Of a stretch of 64,000 nucleotides of DNA, positions 1 to 10,803 are shown piece after piece. Both the position numbers and the translations under genes were made by a program. This DNA is from an uncultured candidate division Zixibacteria bacterium (GTDB lineage Bacteria; Zixibacteria; MSB-5A5; GN15; FEB-12), in the NCBI GenBank assembly GCA_963735035.1, contig CAVTJJ010000003.1:925191-989190 (forward strand), in the 5' to 3' direction. Under the pieces are notes generated by a model. That model was not told the origin of the DNA and ran no database searches. It worked only from the letters and a program-made list of their open reading frames with translations. The first letter of the stretch is position 1; each line of letters starts with the position of its first letter.

Positions 1-2390
1 GAAACATTTCCCGGCGCGATGATACCGGAAAACCAGGTATCACTATTTGATGCAGCCAGGGCGGCCCCCGGAATTACACTGATCCGTCCGCTGCACATCA
101 CGGTATCGGTCGGCAGGTATCCGAGCAAACGCACGCGCCCGAAGTCGTCGGTCTGACCTTCGTCAATAAAGGTCTTACGGGCGTTGCGACGAATCATTAC
201 CCCGCTCTTTTTCAAACCGACTCCGGTCGTCTTGTCAGAAATCGTAATGGGAACCGTGCTCGCCCCCGAAGTTGTATGCGGAATCGGGAACTGTACCAAC
301 AGCCCGACATTGTAGTCGAGCGCGAACGGAGTCTCCGGGTCATCATTTGGTCCGGGAATATAGTCCAATCCCGTGGCCAGGGTTCGGTCGCTTGGCCGGA
401 GAATCGGCACCTGCACACCTCGATCGGTATCGTAATATTCCGCCCAGGATTTGAGGAAATCCCAACAAGACATATTACGGTACTTGTACTGGGCGCTGTT
501 GCGGCAGGAAACATCGGTGTAACGAGCGGCCGAAGACATCTCCGAATTGTAGGGCCACCCGGCATTGTCGTACGCGTAATCCATATAGCCATAGTTGGCG
601 GCGGCGGGATCGACACAGCGACCGGTATCGGTCCGCTCCACGCCGGCCGAATCTACGAACCGGTACTCATCATAGAAGCCGAGTGCATAATGCCCAAATT
701 CGTGGCAGCGCGTTCGGTAGTCAGAGGGAGCGGCAAGGTTCAAAGGGTACTCGGAATATGTGCCGTTGCGGGTGAGATCGTCACTACCAAACCATCGCGG
801 CGGAAGACTCAAATACCCGCCCGGTTGGTTGATTCCGAAAACCTTGGCATTGGGCCAGACCATGTTACTGGCGCAAATCCGCATATCGGCTTCGCTCCAC
901 AGTCCGGCGTTGGTGAATATATCCACGGTATCGAGGCGAATCTGACCGTCGCTGACATCATACAGGTAATTCGAAAACTTCCTGAATCCGGTCTCCGTAG
1001 CACTGACATATCCCGGATCCGCATCCCACTGAATAGACACGACCAAATTATAGGCCATAGTGGAATGACCAAGTTTTACCGGCTGAATCGTGTCCCCGGA
1101 GATCGTATCCCAGGTCATGTATCCCAAACTATCAAACTGGGCGTTATCGAGAAAGTGGCGATCCATGGTTTGTAGCACCGCCACGTGCTTATTGTAATCG
1201 GTCTTGGCCAGCATCAATTCAACCTTGAACATGGTCCCAATGTCGATTGAATCTTCCGGGAGTGTGATAATGCCCTTATCATCCGACACGAATGTACCCA
1301 TCGGTGTTGAAGGATAGATAGGGGGATTCTTCTCTAACTTATAGACCTTCACCGTGTCCAGCGCTACGGGCATATTCCGCACGTCCACGAGCTTGAGCCG
1401 GATCTTCACGGGATCCAGCAAGATCCCTGACATTTGTCCGCCCAGGATGCCTCCGCCGATTATCTGCCCAGAATCATTGATCCCGTTGAATTCAAACAAC
1501 TGCCAGCCGGAATCCTTGACTGTGACCGTGCCCGTACCGCCGTTCAAAAGATAGAATGGATAGTATCTTGCCCCGCCGGTCGGATAGGCGCCGCCAACGA
1601 TATCCCCCCTGTTGTTCACTTTGTAACAGTAGCTATTGGCCACCCCACCCGTCTGGTAGAGATCTTTTATGACTTCGTCTCGCCACTCGCATGGATGCTG
1701 ATACCCAAGTACTTTCCCAACTCCCACGATCAGGCCGGAATCGTTGATATCGCGCGCCCAGGCGTCATTCCCGGGATACAGCAGCCCCAGGTCGGTCACC
1801 TGGCCGTTCTTATACAAGAAGCCATGTCCGACGGTATAAGGGGGCACGGTCAGGGCCACGTTCATCTGGCCCACGAACCAGCCGCTGTCGTTGATTCCAT
1901 AGCCGCCCCCGGAGATTGGCACTACGGTCAGATTGCCCCCGGATAGAATCGCCGGATTGAGACCATCGGCGGTAGTCCCCGCAATGTCCCCATTATTGTT
2001 GATCGAACCTGCATAGCTGAGCTGGTCCAACGGAGTCAAACCACCCGCTGTGGTTGTAAAGAAGGCATGTTCCTTTCCGCTGTTGTCGGTGGCGTTTCCG
2101 ACAATCATCCCCAGGTCATTAATGTCCCAGGCAACACCGGCATCCCCGCCGAGAGTCCCAAGGTCGGTCGTAACTCCACTTTGCCATACAAACGTATGAG
2201 TGACTGCGCCGTTGTTGATGACGATATCCCCGACTATCTCCCCTTTGACATTAATTCCTTCGGGAATGCAATAGTCGCCGCTGAGAGGATCGAGCGGAAC
2301 TATGTGGTAGATTCTGGCCGTGACCGATTGGCTGCACAAACAGAAGATTATCCCTAGCGGGACGCTAACCCGTGCGATAGAATTAGACAT
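1..2390 (-). CDS. Large secreted protein: signal peptide, HAF-family extracellular repeats and a CLCA-like (HExxH) zinc metallopeptidase domain; runs off the left edge of the window
   Basis: Absent from the ORF track, presumably because it has no stop in the window. ATG at 2388-2390 follows AAGGGA. Manual translation gives MSNSIARVSVPLGIIFCLCSQSVTA..., HTFVWQSGVTTDLGTLGG, INDLGMIVG, EHAF, and in the same frame FSNYLYDVSDGQIRLDTVDI and RCHEFGHYALGFYDEY (HEFGH at 690-704). Confidence 0.85.
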   Translation of the reverse strand, partial: MSNSIARVSVPLGIIFCLCSQSVTARIYHIVPLDPLSGDYCIPEGINVKGEIVGDIVINNGAVTHTFVWQSGVTTDLGTLGGDAGVAWDINDLGMIVGNATDNSGKEHAFFTTTAGGLTPLDQLSYAGSINNNGDIAGTTADGLNPAILSGGNLTVVPISGGGYGINDSGWFVGQMNVALTVPPYTVGHGFLYKNGQVTDLGLLYPGNDAWARDINDSGLIVGVGKVLGYQHPCEWRDEVIKDLYQTGGVANSYCYKVNNRGDIVGGAYPTGGARYYPFYLLNGGTGTVTVKDSGWQLFEFNGINDSGQIIGGGILGGQMSGILLDPVKIRLKLVDVRNMPVALDTVKVYKLEKNPPIYPSTPMGTFVSDDKGIITLPEDSIDIGTMFKVELMLAKTDYNKHVAVLQTMDRHFLDNAQFDSLGYMTWDTISGDTIQPVKLGHSTMAYNLVVSIQWDADPGYVSATETGFRKFSNYLYDVSDGQIRLDTVDIFTNAGLWSEADMRICASNMVWPNAKVFGINQPGGYLSLPPRWFGSDDLTRNGTYSEYPLNLAAPSDYRTRCHEFGHYALGFYDEYRFVDSAGVERTDTGRCVDPAAANYGYMDYAYDNAGWPYNSEMSSAARYTDVSCRNSAQYKYRNMSCWDFLKSWAEYYDTDRGVQVPILRPSDRTLATGLDYIPGPNDDPETPFALDYNVGLLVQFPIPHTTSGASTVPITISDKTTGVGLKKSGVMIRRNARKTFIDEGQTDDFGRVRLLGYLPTDTVMCSGRISVIPGAALAASNSDTWFSGIIAPGNV

Positions 2391-3131
2391 GTCTGAGTTC
2401 CCTTAACTAGACTTGCATATCTAAACCGCAATGTTTACAGTCGAACATTACCCTGTCAGTCAATTAACCACTGAGGACTACAAAAAGTTTCATTGTGGAC
2501 ATTGAGGACCCAACGTGACAGATGGGTTACGAGCTCCAACCTGGGAAGAGGGGTAAAGATGATCTGGGAGCGCCGATGCGCCGGACCGTGGAGAGTTGTC
2601 GGCAATCAAAATGTGCGGCCGACATTGGCAGTGACGCCACAATATGTTCATCTTGTTGTACTAAGTTATTAGAGGACAAGGCATAGGCGGGGCTGGAGGA
2701 AATAGATGACAATGCCCCTAACCGGATGGCGGCATACCAATCTATGAAGAGACGAAAATGATCGAAGTGGGCCGAAACGCTACCCTATTCGCGTTGCGGG
2801 ACAAGGACTTGCGGATCATCGTGACCAAATTTTGGCCGTTCTTGGAGTCTTGTGTCACTTGAGCATGGACTTGCGTAGTCCATGCCATTCTGGAAATATC
2901 AGAAGAATGATTATCGTCGCAGTTCAAGGCAGAGATTTTAGACGATAGATCTCGCCATTCTTTGTAGCGAGAAACTCCTGCACACCGTCTTCATGAAAGA
3001 GCAGCGAACTCAGTTGCCACGACACCCGGCATTACGACCGTGATCTTGACTCCCAGATGACTTCGTGCCAAGCAGGCGGGTAGTAGAATCAAGAGTTCTG
3101 TGGGAGCAAAGCTCGCCTTTCAGCTGCATAT

Positions 3132-4527
3132 TTAGTTTCGTTCTGGCCGCCTCGGGACCCTCAGCATAAATGTCGTCCCCTGGCCGGGAACGCTTTCGAG
3201 CGACACCTGGATTTGAAGCAAATTACTCAGGCGCCGAACCAGGGCCAGGCCCAAGCCGAATCCTTTGGCTTGCTTATCGCCGACCGTCTCAACCCGATAG
3301 AACCGATTGAACACTTTGTCGATCTGCTCCGGCGTCATTCCGGAACCATGATCGGTGATTGATATATCAATTCCTTCGCCGGATTCCTTTATGGCCACCG
3401 CGACCACCGACTCTTCCGATGAATATTTTATCGCGTTGGAGATTAGATTCTCAAGTATCGCCGTGAGCAGTGTAGGATCGGAGCTGACAGTTGCAGAGTC
3501 GATAAACTCAAGTTGGAACGATATCCGCTTGGACCGGGCAAACGGATCCAGCCGCTCAAGCGTCTTCGCCATACTCTGGGCGACATCGACATTGGCAAGC
3601 TGCAATGGCTCCCCGCCGCTTTCGTATTTCGACACCAGCAACAACTGGTCTACCAGTCCGTTCATGCGGTCGATCTCAGCTATACAGTACTCTGAGCTTC
3701 TCTTCGTAATGCTTTGGTTCGCGGGGTTGGCGTATCAGTACTTCCAGAGTGCCTTTGATGACCGCCAGCGGCGTCCGAAGTTCATGCGCCGCATCGGCCG
3801 CGAAGGTTTGTTCTCGCACAATCAGTTCTTGGAGTCGGTCGAGCAGATTATTGACTGTCGAAGAAAGTTGGCGCAGTTCACCGTGATCATTAGGAAGCGG
3901 AACTCGCTCTTCGAGATTCTCTCGGGAAATACGATCGGCGGTAGACATGAGTGAAACGATAGGCCGCACAATGCTGGCCCCAAACGCTCGACTAATGACG
4001 AGGATCACCCCTACCATCACGGGAAACGACAACAGCATGATCCACATCAGATCGTCCAGCAGATGTTTCGCTTCCGCGATCCCCATGCCCACAAGCAAGT
4101 ATCCTTCGAGAACACCATCCCGGTTGACAAGCGGACCCTGTATCTGGCGAATCCACGTATTTCCCAGATTCTGCGACACCACAAAGGTGTCCGCGCGACC
4201 GGCATGGAACTGAAGCCGAGTGTCCCGAAGGTTGGGTGACGTTCGCAGCACCGCGCCGTGAGCGTCGTTCGCCTGCAGGAGAACCGGCGCCACCGTGGCT
4301 TCTCCGTGTTCCCGCTCGGTCCAGTCGGGTTCAGCCAGAACGAACACGCGCCCGTCCTGGATAGACATGCTGCCGCCGACCTCGCCGAATTCGGCTTTCA
4401 GATCTTCGTCATAATGGGAATAGAGAATCTTCGAGGCGCTCACGTATATAATGACATACACCAGGCCCACCAGAATACCGGTGGTGGCCAGATACACGAG
4501 CGCTATACGATTCTTGAGACTGGGCAC
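3132..4527 (-). CDS. HAMP-domain sensor histidine kinase (CusS/ArlS-like), split by a frameshift near 3690
   Basis: Two TM segments, HAMP and the H-box AAHELRTPL lie in 3676-4527; the N, G1 and G2 boxes (ENLISNAIKYS, DHGSGM, GFGLGL) lie in 3132-3665. Confidence 0.88.
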
Positions 4528-4529
4528 GG

Positions 4530-5199
4530 CTAAGGTTCCCTGATGACGTATCCGACGCCGCGAACCGTCTCAATGATGTCCGGCTCACCTGCGGCGCACA
4601 ACTTCTTCCTCAGGAAGTTGATGTACACGTCTATCACCGACGTATCGGTATCGAAATGGATGTCCCAGACGCTTTCGATAATGCGGGTTCGGGAACAGAC
4701 TTTGCCGCGATTGTGCAGCAGGTATTGCAGCAGAGCGAATTCCTTCGCCGTCAGTTCAATTACCCGGTCGCCGCGAAAGACCTGACGCGCGGTGAAATCC
4801 ATCCGCAGATCGCCCAGACGTGATCAAGTTGCTCTGAGGATCCTTCTGCCTGAGCTGGGCACGGATGCGCGCCAGCAGTTCCTCGAAACTGAACGGTTTG
4901 CGGACATAGTCATTGACGCCCGAGTCCAGGCCGAATACCACATCGTCGGTGGAATCGCGGGCGCTGAGTAATATGATGGGAGTGTGAGTGTTGCTCTTGC
5001 GAAAGTGACGGCACAGTTCAACACCGCTGATCCCGGGCAACATCCAATCTACCAGGAGTAGATCGTATTCGCTGATGCCTACTGCCTTCAAACCGTCGTT
5101 GCCGTTGGAAGCCACGTCCACGGCGTACCCCTCTTCCTTGAGGCCGTCCTGCAGGAAGGCGGCGATGCCCTGTTCATCTTCGACAATCAGTATTCTCAT
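4530..5199 (-). CDS. OmpR-family response regulator, frameshift near 4814
   Basis: Receiver domain (MRILIVEDE, DWMLPG, KPF) and winged-helix C-terminus (LTAKEFALL, IETVRGVGY) are in two frames. Confidence 0.9.
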
Positions 5200-5341
5200 A
5201 GCAGGTCGGTCAAATATAGCACCGAGTGGATTGCCGGCGAAAGTTTTTCTCCAGAAACGCGAAAATCGGCCAGCCAGGCGTAGCGGAAAAAATGACGCCC
5301 TGGCCGACCGATCTCGCAAGCAAATGCGATATGGCAGGGGT

Positions 5342-5965
5342 CTAAGCTATCACGATAAAGCGATCTTTGCTGGTCATGCATATCCCACAGCGATTGGGAG
5401 CGCTGGCGTCATAAGTATTGCCACAGGTGGCACAGACAGCAAACTGGCCAGACAACGAACCCTCGGCGCCTGATTTCAGGGCCTCAAGCGCTTTGGTGTA
5501 CAGCATCTTGTGCGTCTTTTCCGTCTCGTAAGCATAATTGAAGGAAATTCCGGCAATGCTGATTTTCGAAGCGGTCACATTCTTCAGAAAGTCGGGATAC
5601 ATGGTAGCCACTTCGTATGACTCACCCTTGATGGCATCTTCCAGGTTCTTTTCGGTTGTTGCTACCTCAAACTTCGGTGTGACTTGCGGTGCGACAACAC
5701 TAAGCTGCTCCAGAACGGCCTTGTGATTGGCAGCGTGAATAGATTCGGATTTCGACGCCGCTTCGAACAGCTTGCTCACTTTTGTATAGCCCTCTTCGGC
5801 GGCTTTCTTCGAGAAGGCGGCATACTTGGCGCTCGCAGTCGATTCACCGGTAAAGGCCGCTTTGAGATCTTCGATGGTCTGGTTCCGGGCGGGATTCTCC
5901 TGGCCGAACGCGACTACTGACGCGATCAGCATCAGGGCCATGGCAAACAGTAAAGTCTTCTTCAT
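5342..5965 (-). CDS. Rubrerythrin-family protein with N-terminal signal peptide and C-terminal rubredoxin-like CxxC..CxxC
   Basis: AFTGESTASAKY, ESIHA, GESYE, EKTH, CATCG...CGIC; start MKKTLLFAMAL follows AAGGAG. Confidence 0.85.
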   Translation of the reverse strand: MKKTLLFAMALMLIASVVAFGQENPARNQTIEDLKAAFTGESTASAKYAAFSKKAAEEGYTKVSKLFEAASKSESIHAANHKAVLEQLSVVAPQVTPKFEVATTEKNLEDAIKGESYEVATMYPDFLKNVTASKISIAGISFNYAYETEKTHKMLYTKALEALKSGAEGSLSGQFAVCATCGNTYDASAPNRCGICMTSKDRFIVIA

Positions 5966-6026
5966 CTTGTAACTCCTTCTAATTCCTTCAAATGGTTCAA
6001 TATATTTTCGTGATAAGTTCTTCATT

Positions 6027-6515
6027 CTAGTCTTTGTCCTCAATCTCGGGCGAGGCCGATTCCTGCGTGTCCGGAATTCCAAAGCTCATCTCTACACCTG
6101 CGGCATGCTTGAAAACCAATTCGCCGCCGTAGTATCCGGTTCGGGCGATAGTTCCCACCCCAACTGCCAGCAAGACCACCATGACCCATTGCATCCAACC
6201 GTTCATCCGTTTGGTCACACCCAGGACAATCCGCAGTCCGGCCAAAACGATCATGGTCCACATAGCCAGTACCGCCGCGGATTCATGGGTCTCGAGGGCC
6301 GTGCCCAGGGCGCCCGCCTCGGTAACTCCGTCACCGGCGATATCGCCCGAGAAGTAAGCCGCGATGGTTCCCAGGGTGCCCAGCGTGATTAGATACAGGC
6401 CGGCCAGAGTGAAGAACGGTCGTTTGGTAACGGCGCCGACGAGATCGGACAGAAAGCCTATTATGATAAGAGCGATCGGAAAGTGGACGATCATCGGATG
6501 CAAGTGGTCTAACAT
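6027..6515 (-). CDS. DUF2231-type integral membrane protein
   Basis: HLHPMIVHFPIAL N-terminus, four hydrophobic helices, GYYGGELVF. Confidence 0.8.
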   Translation of the reverse strand: MLDHLHPMIVHFPIALIIIGFLSDLVGAVTKRPFFTLAGLYLITLGTLGTIAAYFSGDIAGDGVTEAGALGTALETHESAAVLAMWTMIVLAGLRIVLGVTKRMNGWMQWVMVVLLAVGVGTIARTGYYGGELVFKHAAGVEMSFGIPDTQESASPEIEDKD

Positions 6516-6569
6516 GACAATTTCCTTTTAGGGTTTCACCTGTCTCTGACAGCGTACAACAACGTGGAT

Positions 6570-6609
6570 CTAAAAGCCCCCTAAATAGATTCCTAAAATT
6601 GGCTTAAAA
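6570..6609 (-). promoter_or_regulatory. Four tandem (C/T)TAAA(A/T) direct repeats at 11-12 bp spacing; candidate OmpR-type operator
   Basis: Copies at 6570, 6581, 6593 and 6604, upstream of the DUF2231-rubrerythrin-RR-HK operon. Confidence 0.45.
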
Positions 6610-6830
6610 TTGTGATTCTTCGGCACAGAAGACGATACTGAAAGGCGCAGAACTGCTATGACCGGGGTCTGTCCGGCCAATGGTTCTTTCAGACTCTTGA
6701 TCAGAGAGGCCCAGGACACCCCCCCCTCAGTTTATCGCGGAATCATATCCCTTATCGAGTCATTGCAGAACGAACTCACTCGGTAGAGACCAGGAAGGTC
6801 ACAGGAACGGGATGGAGTGAAACCATAATG

Positions 6831-6860
6831 CGATAACCCGCAGCTAGCTGCGGGTTATCG
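6831..6860. terminator. Perfect palindrome downstream of the beta-barrel gene
   Basis: CGATAACCCGCAGCT/AGCTGCGGGTTATCG. Confidence 0.55.
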
Positions 6861-6941
6861 GAAAACTATATCTTGGCCCTTAAGCAGGGAATCGATGAAT
6901 CGTTAGCAGAGCCAAAGATTGTGTCGAAGCCGGATATCCGA

Positions 6942-7607
6942 CTAGAGTTTGACGCCCACCATGAAGGAAATATTCGTGTTCTTGACCGTGGGATCGCCTT
7001 CGAGATAGTAGGGATCACTCGGCTCCGCCCCGGTGACCGCGTTAATCTTGTCAGCGGCATCGACTATGCCGGACAGTCCCAGAGTATATCTGAGGTCGAA
7101 CGTGACCCGCCTATAGTCGATCCCGCCACCGAAAACGAGACTAACGTCCATGCTCTTCGTGTAGTCCTTGATGTCGTACGTTTCGTTAATGATGTGGAAT
7201 TTGGAAGCCAGCAAGACGCCCAGCGCCGGTCCGACAAACAGGTTCGGACGCATATTACCGTCGGGCGTGAAGTCGAATTTCAGCAACACCGGGATTTCCA
7301 GGTAGTCAAGGTTCAAGTGGGCGTTGAAGAAGAAGAGATCCTTTGCAGCGCCCTTGGTAACATAGAGAATCTCAGGTTGTACAGCGAATTGGCGGTTGAG
7401 CTTGTAGGTCAGGAAAGCGCCGGCGGAAAATCCGGTTCGGCTGTCAAGAAAATCGTTCAACTCGGCATAGTCGGTACTGATATCGGCAATATCAAAACCG
7501 AGTTTGAGTCCTTTACCCGTCACACCGACAGTCGTCTGTTGCGCACTCGCCGCGACACCAAGCATCAGGATCATTCCCGCCAGCAGGATCAGTTTCTTCA
7601 TATACAC
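6942..7607 (-). CDS. Outer-membrane beta-barrel protein (PorT/OMP_b-brl_2-like)
   Basis: Signal peptide, GLKLG, QPEILY, YLEIPVLLKF, VGPALG, FDLRYTLGL and a terminal amphipathic strand. Confidence 0.8.
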   Translation of the reverse strand: MYMKKLILLAGMILMLGVAASAQQTTVGVTGKGLKLGFDIADISTDYAELNDFLDSRTGFSAGAFLTYKLNRQFAVQPEILYVTKGAAKDLFFFNAHLNLDYLEIPVLLKFDFTPDGNMRPNLFVGPALGVLLASKFHIINETYDIKDYTKSMDVSLVFGGGIDYRRVTFDLRYTLGLSGIVDAADKINAVTGAEPSDPYYLEGDPTVKNTNISFMVGVKL

Positions 7608-8014
7608 TCCTCGCGTACCTAATGATTACCGATCGGTTCTTTCTTGCGGCTGCAATATCATGGATGAGTAAGCGCTTGACCAAGCAAAAAGAGACTGAGT
7701 GGTATCAATTCCGTCGCCATTCACACTTGATATCGTTCACCGGGAGGGAGACGGAAAATCTTCACATTGATTTGCGCCCTGCCCCTGTGTAACCATCAAT
7801 AACTTCTAATGTGGGATGCAACAACGCCTTATGTCTTTGTCTGTTTGCGCATGGTCATGTCTGTCACGACGAATGATGCTCTCTAGACGGATGCAAGAAC
7901 CTCCCTGTGTGGCCTAATTGTGACAGTTTTGGTTAGCATTTGTGCAGAGTTATGTCTGTGTCACCCTCCCAGCCGCCATTTCCCTTGTTTGACTTCCTGG
8001 GTTGGCAACCTTGA

Positions 8015-8356
8015 TCAGTCCCGATCAAAATGCTGAAGATGATCCGGAATCGGAACGGAAATCTCCACGTATCCTTGAAACACTCCCTCTTTCGAAAGCG
8101 GAATTTGGTGGATGATCTTCTTCTGCCCATTCTTCCGGATCGTGTAATGATTGGGTTGGTGCGCTTTGTACATCGCGGCCAGTTGGGTCCGCGAAGGTTC
8201 AGGGTGGCACGCCAGGACATCACTCCCAATCAGCTTGGCCCCGCCATCAGATGCAAAGGTGGCAATCGAAGTGGGGTTCATTTCGGTGATTATTCCATCG
8301 GCATCCGTGACCGTGATTGCAATTGCAATCTGGTTCGTCCAGTTATCGGTGGGCAT
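8015..8356 (-). CDS. Stand-alone PAS-domain protein
   Basis: AITVTDADGIITEMN, LIGSDVLACHP; ATG follows AGGAG. Confidence 0.75.
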   Translation of the reverse strand: MPTDNWTNQIAIAITVTDADGIITEMNPTSIATFASDGGAKLIGSDVLACHPEPSRTQLAAMYKAHQPNHYTIRKNGQKKIIHQIPLSKEGVFQGYVEISVPIPDHLQHFDRD

Positions 8357-8588
8357 TGCGTTTCTCCTGTCTGATTTCTTGCACCGGGGGAATATACAAG
8401 AACCCGCGTCCACAGACTACGACTACACGAGCTTGACCTCGCTCGAATTGGGTTCGAACCTGCAAGCAACTGGCAGTAGGGGATCGCCCCGACGCGCATT
8501 GTGGCACAATGGCTTACGGCTCATCGTGATCAAGTCATGACCGCTCGCAAACTGAGAAACTGGTGTATTCGGACCTGGCAGAAAAGAG

Positions 8589-8622
8589 CAGAGGGCCGGT
8601 AGACAATGCCACCTGCCCTCTG
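8589..8622 (-). terminator. Rho-independent terminator of the S8 protease gene
   Basis: CAGAGGGC...GCCCTCTG stem followed on the minus strand by CTCTTTTC. Confidence 0.55.
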
Positions 8623-8645
8623 TTTGTACTCTCTCGCTTATCGTA

Positions 8646-10739
8646 CTACTTCAGCAGCAACATCTTCTTCATCTGAACTACTTCGCCCGCGCTGAGACGG
8701 TATAGGTATACGCCAGTCGAAACTGAGCTACCTTTATCGTCAGTGCCGTTCCACTCTGTCTGATACGAGCCTGCCGACATAGTCTCGTTTACCAACGTCC
8801 TCACCTTCTGGCCAATCACATTGAAGACTTCGATCGTAACCTTCGTCTGTGATGGCAGACTATATTCGATCGTGGTCGTCGGATTGAACGGATTCGGGTA
8901 ATTCTGTCCCAGTACGTAGAGGGAAGGAAGGACCTGATTCGGCTCACTGACATCAAGTGTGTTCGCCAGAGCCCGGACAGCATTGATTCTGCCGCCACTT
9001 ACCACCTTGCCCTGCAATTGTGTCAGGCCGTCGACTGAGTTGAATATACTCCTTCGCAAATCTGCAAACGTCGTGTTCAGGTTCTGCGAAAGAATCAGAC
9101 CCGCCAGCCCGGCCACGTGAGGCGACGCCATCGAGGTACCATCTATGTATTCGTAGCTCCATTCACTCCCGCTGCCCCCACCGTTCGCGGTGATTATTAC
9201 ATCATCAATGTACGCTCCATCGAAACAAGTTGACGCGTCAGTGCTCAACCTGAAGCGCAGATAGACCTGCGCATAACCTTCCAGGACGGAAAGGGGGACC
9301 CGCACTGATACGAATTGTCCGCTTGTCGTGCCTGTGCGCCCATCGATGATGCTCCACGAATACCCATCGACACAGGCGTCGACAAAAAGCCAGTCATACT
9401 GGGATTCCGTATCGAGCCTGAGCTGAAAATCAAGGACGGGTTGACTACCAGGTGCGAAGCTGAGAGGCTTTACCAGCATCAAGCATGATTCCTGATTGTT
9501 CTGGTACGTCCCTCCCGGGCTGTCTGTTGCGCTGTGGGTGGGGCTCACGCAGGCCTCTTGAGTGAGTTGCCAGTATCCATTTGTCCACCAATTAGACCCG
9601 TCCTCCATATTGTCCTGGAACAGGACGTTTCCGGTACTCGACGCCGGAACGGTACTGAATATTTTCACCCCCGGTGCAGCAACGTCAACGCCGATCGCCC
9701 CGTAGTTTGAAAACGAAGCCAGTCGATCATTCTTATCCGTCGCTGCCACGGTTATGACATTTTCAAGGTCAAAACTCCCCGGTGTATATGGTGTCACGTC
9801 AATGTTGACCCCATCATTTCCGGCGGCACACACGAACAGAACCCCCTTGTCACGAGCATACTTCACAGCGTCGTAGACCATCTGATCGTATCCCGGCCCG
9901 CCCCAACTGGCATTAATGATTCTGGCGCCATTGTCTACAGCGTATTTGACGGCCTTTATCAGATCGGCAGTCAAGCCGCCGTTTTCCCCCAACGCTCGAA
10001 CCGCCATGATCTTCGCTTTCCAGCAAACACCCGCTACACCTATTCCGTTGTTGCCCACCGCGGCTATGGTGCCCGCGACATGTGTGCCATGTTTGCCGGC
10101 CGCCGGGTCGTTGTCGTTTTGAACGAAATCCCAGCCATAATAGTCGTCAACGAAGCCGTTATTGTCGTCATCGACACCATTGATCGGATCATCGGCATTG
10201 ACCCACATATTCGCGGCCAGGTCTTCATGACCCCGGTAAACACCGTCATCCACAACCGCAATGACCACTTCCTCGGAACCGATAGTTACATCCCACGCCG
10301 ACAGCGCTCTGATATCGGCGTTCTGCGTCCCTCGGTCGCCGCCGACCGACTGCCCTGAATTGCTCATTCCCCAAAGACTGTCAAAGTGAGCGTCGTTGGG
10401 GCGGCTGAAGTTGTGATAGATGAAGTTGTACTGTACGTACTCTACTCCGCTCTTCTGTTCCAGAGAGTTCTTCGCCTCGTCGAGTGATGAGCCATCCGGG
10501 ATCCGGAGTATGACCGCATTCATATCCGGAATTTCCTCTTTGATCGACGCGTTCAGGTCCGCCGCCATGGCGCCGCCCTGAACCATGGCGCCTCTACCCG
10601 TAAACTTGACAATTAGCTCATTCGGGACATACTGCAACTGAGTGATCGGTCGCAATTCACCCTTCGCAGTGTCAGGACGAACTGATGCGCTCCACAGGAG
10701 GGTGAAGCTTACGGTAACTGCAATAACATCCCTCAACAT
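8646..10739 (-). CDS. Secreted S8 subtilisin-like serine protease with propeptide, inserted beta-domain and C-terminal FlgD/T9SS-like domain
   Basis: Triad motifs VAVVDDG, HGTHVAG and GTSMASPHV; oxyanion AAGN; C-terminal QNYPNPFNPTT...KKMLLLK. Confidence 0.95.
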   Translation of the reverse strand: MLRDVIAVTVSFTLLWSASVRPDTAKGELRPITQLQYVPNELIVKFTGRGAMVQGGAMAADLNASIKEEIPDMNAVILRIPDGSSLDEAKNSLEQKSGVEYVQYNFIYHNFSRPNDAHFDSLWGMSNSGQSVGGDRGTQNADIRALSAWDVTIGSEEVVIAVVDDGVYRGHEDLAANMWVNADDPINGVDDDNNGFVDDYYGWDFVQNDNDPAAGKHGTHVAGTIAAVGNNGIGVAGVCWKAKIMAVRALGENGGLTADLIKAVKYAVDNGARIINASWGGPGYDQMVYDAVKYARDKGVLFVCAAGNDGVNIDVTPYTPGSFDLENVITVAATDKNDRLASFSNYGAIGVDVAAPGVKIFSTVPASSTGNVLFQDNMEDGSNWWTNGYWQLTQEACVSPTHSATDSPGGTYQNNQESCLMLVKPLSFAPGSQPVLDFQLRLDTESQYDWLFVDACVDGYSWSIIDGRTGTTSGQFVSVRVPLSVLEGYAQVYLRFRLSTDASTCFDGAYIDDVIITANGGGSGSEWSYEYIDGTSMASPHVAGLAGLILSQNLNTTFADLRRSIFNSVDGLTQLQGKVVSGGRINAVRALANTLDVSEPNQVLPSLYVLGQNYPNPFNPTTTIEYSLPSQTKVTIEVFNVIGQKVRTLVNETMSAGSYQTEWNGTDDKGSSVSTGVYLYRLSAGEVVQMKKMLLLK

Positions 10740-10776
10740 GGGTCTTATCCTTTCGGTTTATGTTCTTCTGGACATA

Positions 10777-10803
10777 AGTACCGCAGGACCCTCTGTTGTT
10801 ACA
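10777..10803 (-). promoter_or_regulatory. ECF-type promoter copy 1 (upstream of S8 protease)
   Basis: TGTAAC-AACAGAGGGTCCTGCG-GTACT. Confidence 0.7.

Noticed and set aside
276..2357. Plus-strand ORFs 276-1175, 1434-1946 and 2067-2357
   Set aside because: Antisense shadows of the minus-strand HAF/CLCA gene.
2990..3130. Minus-strand fragment LGVKITVVMPGVVATEFAA resembling an SDR C-terminus
   Set aside because: Too short and interrupted to call; at most a decayed remnant.
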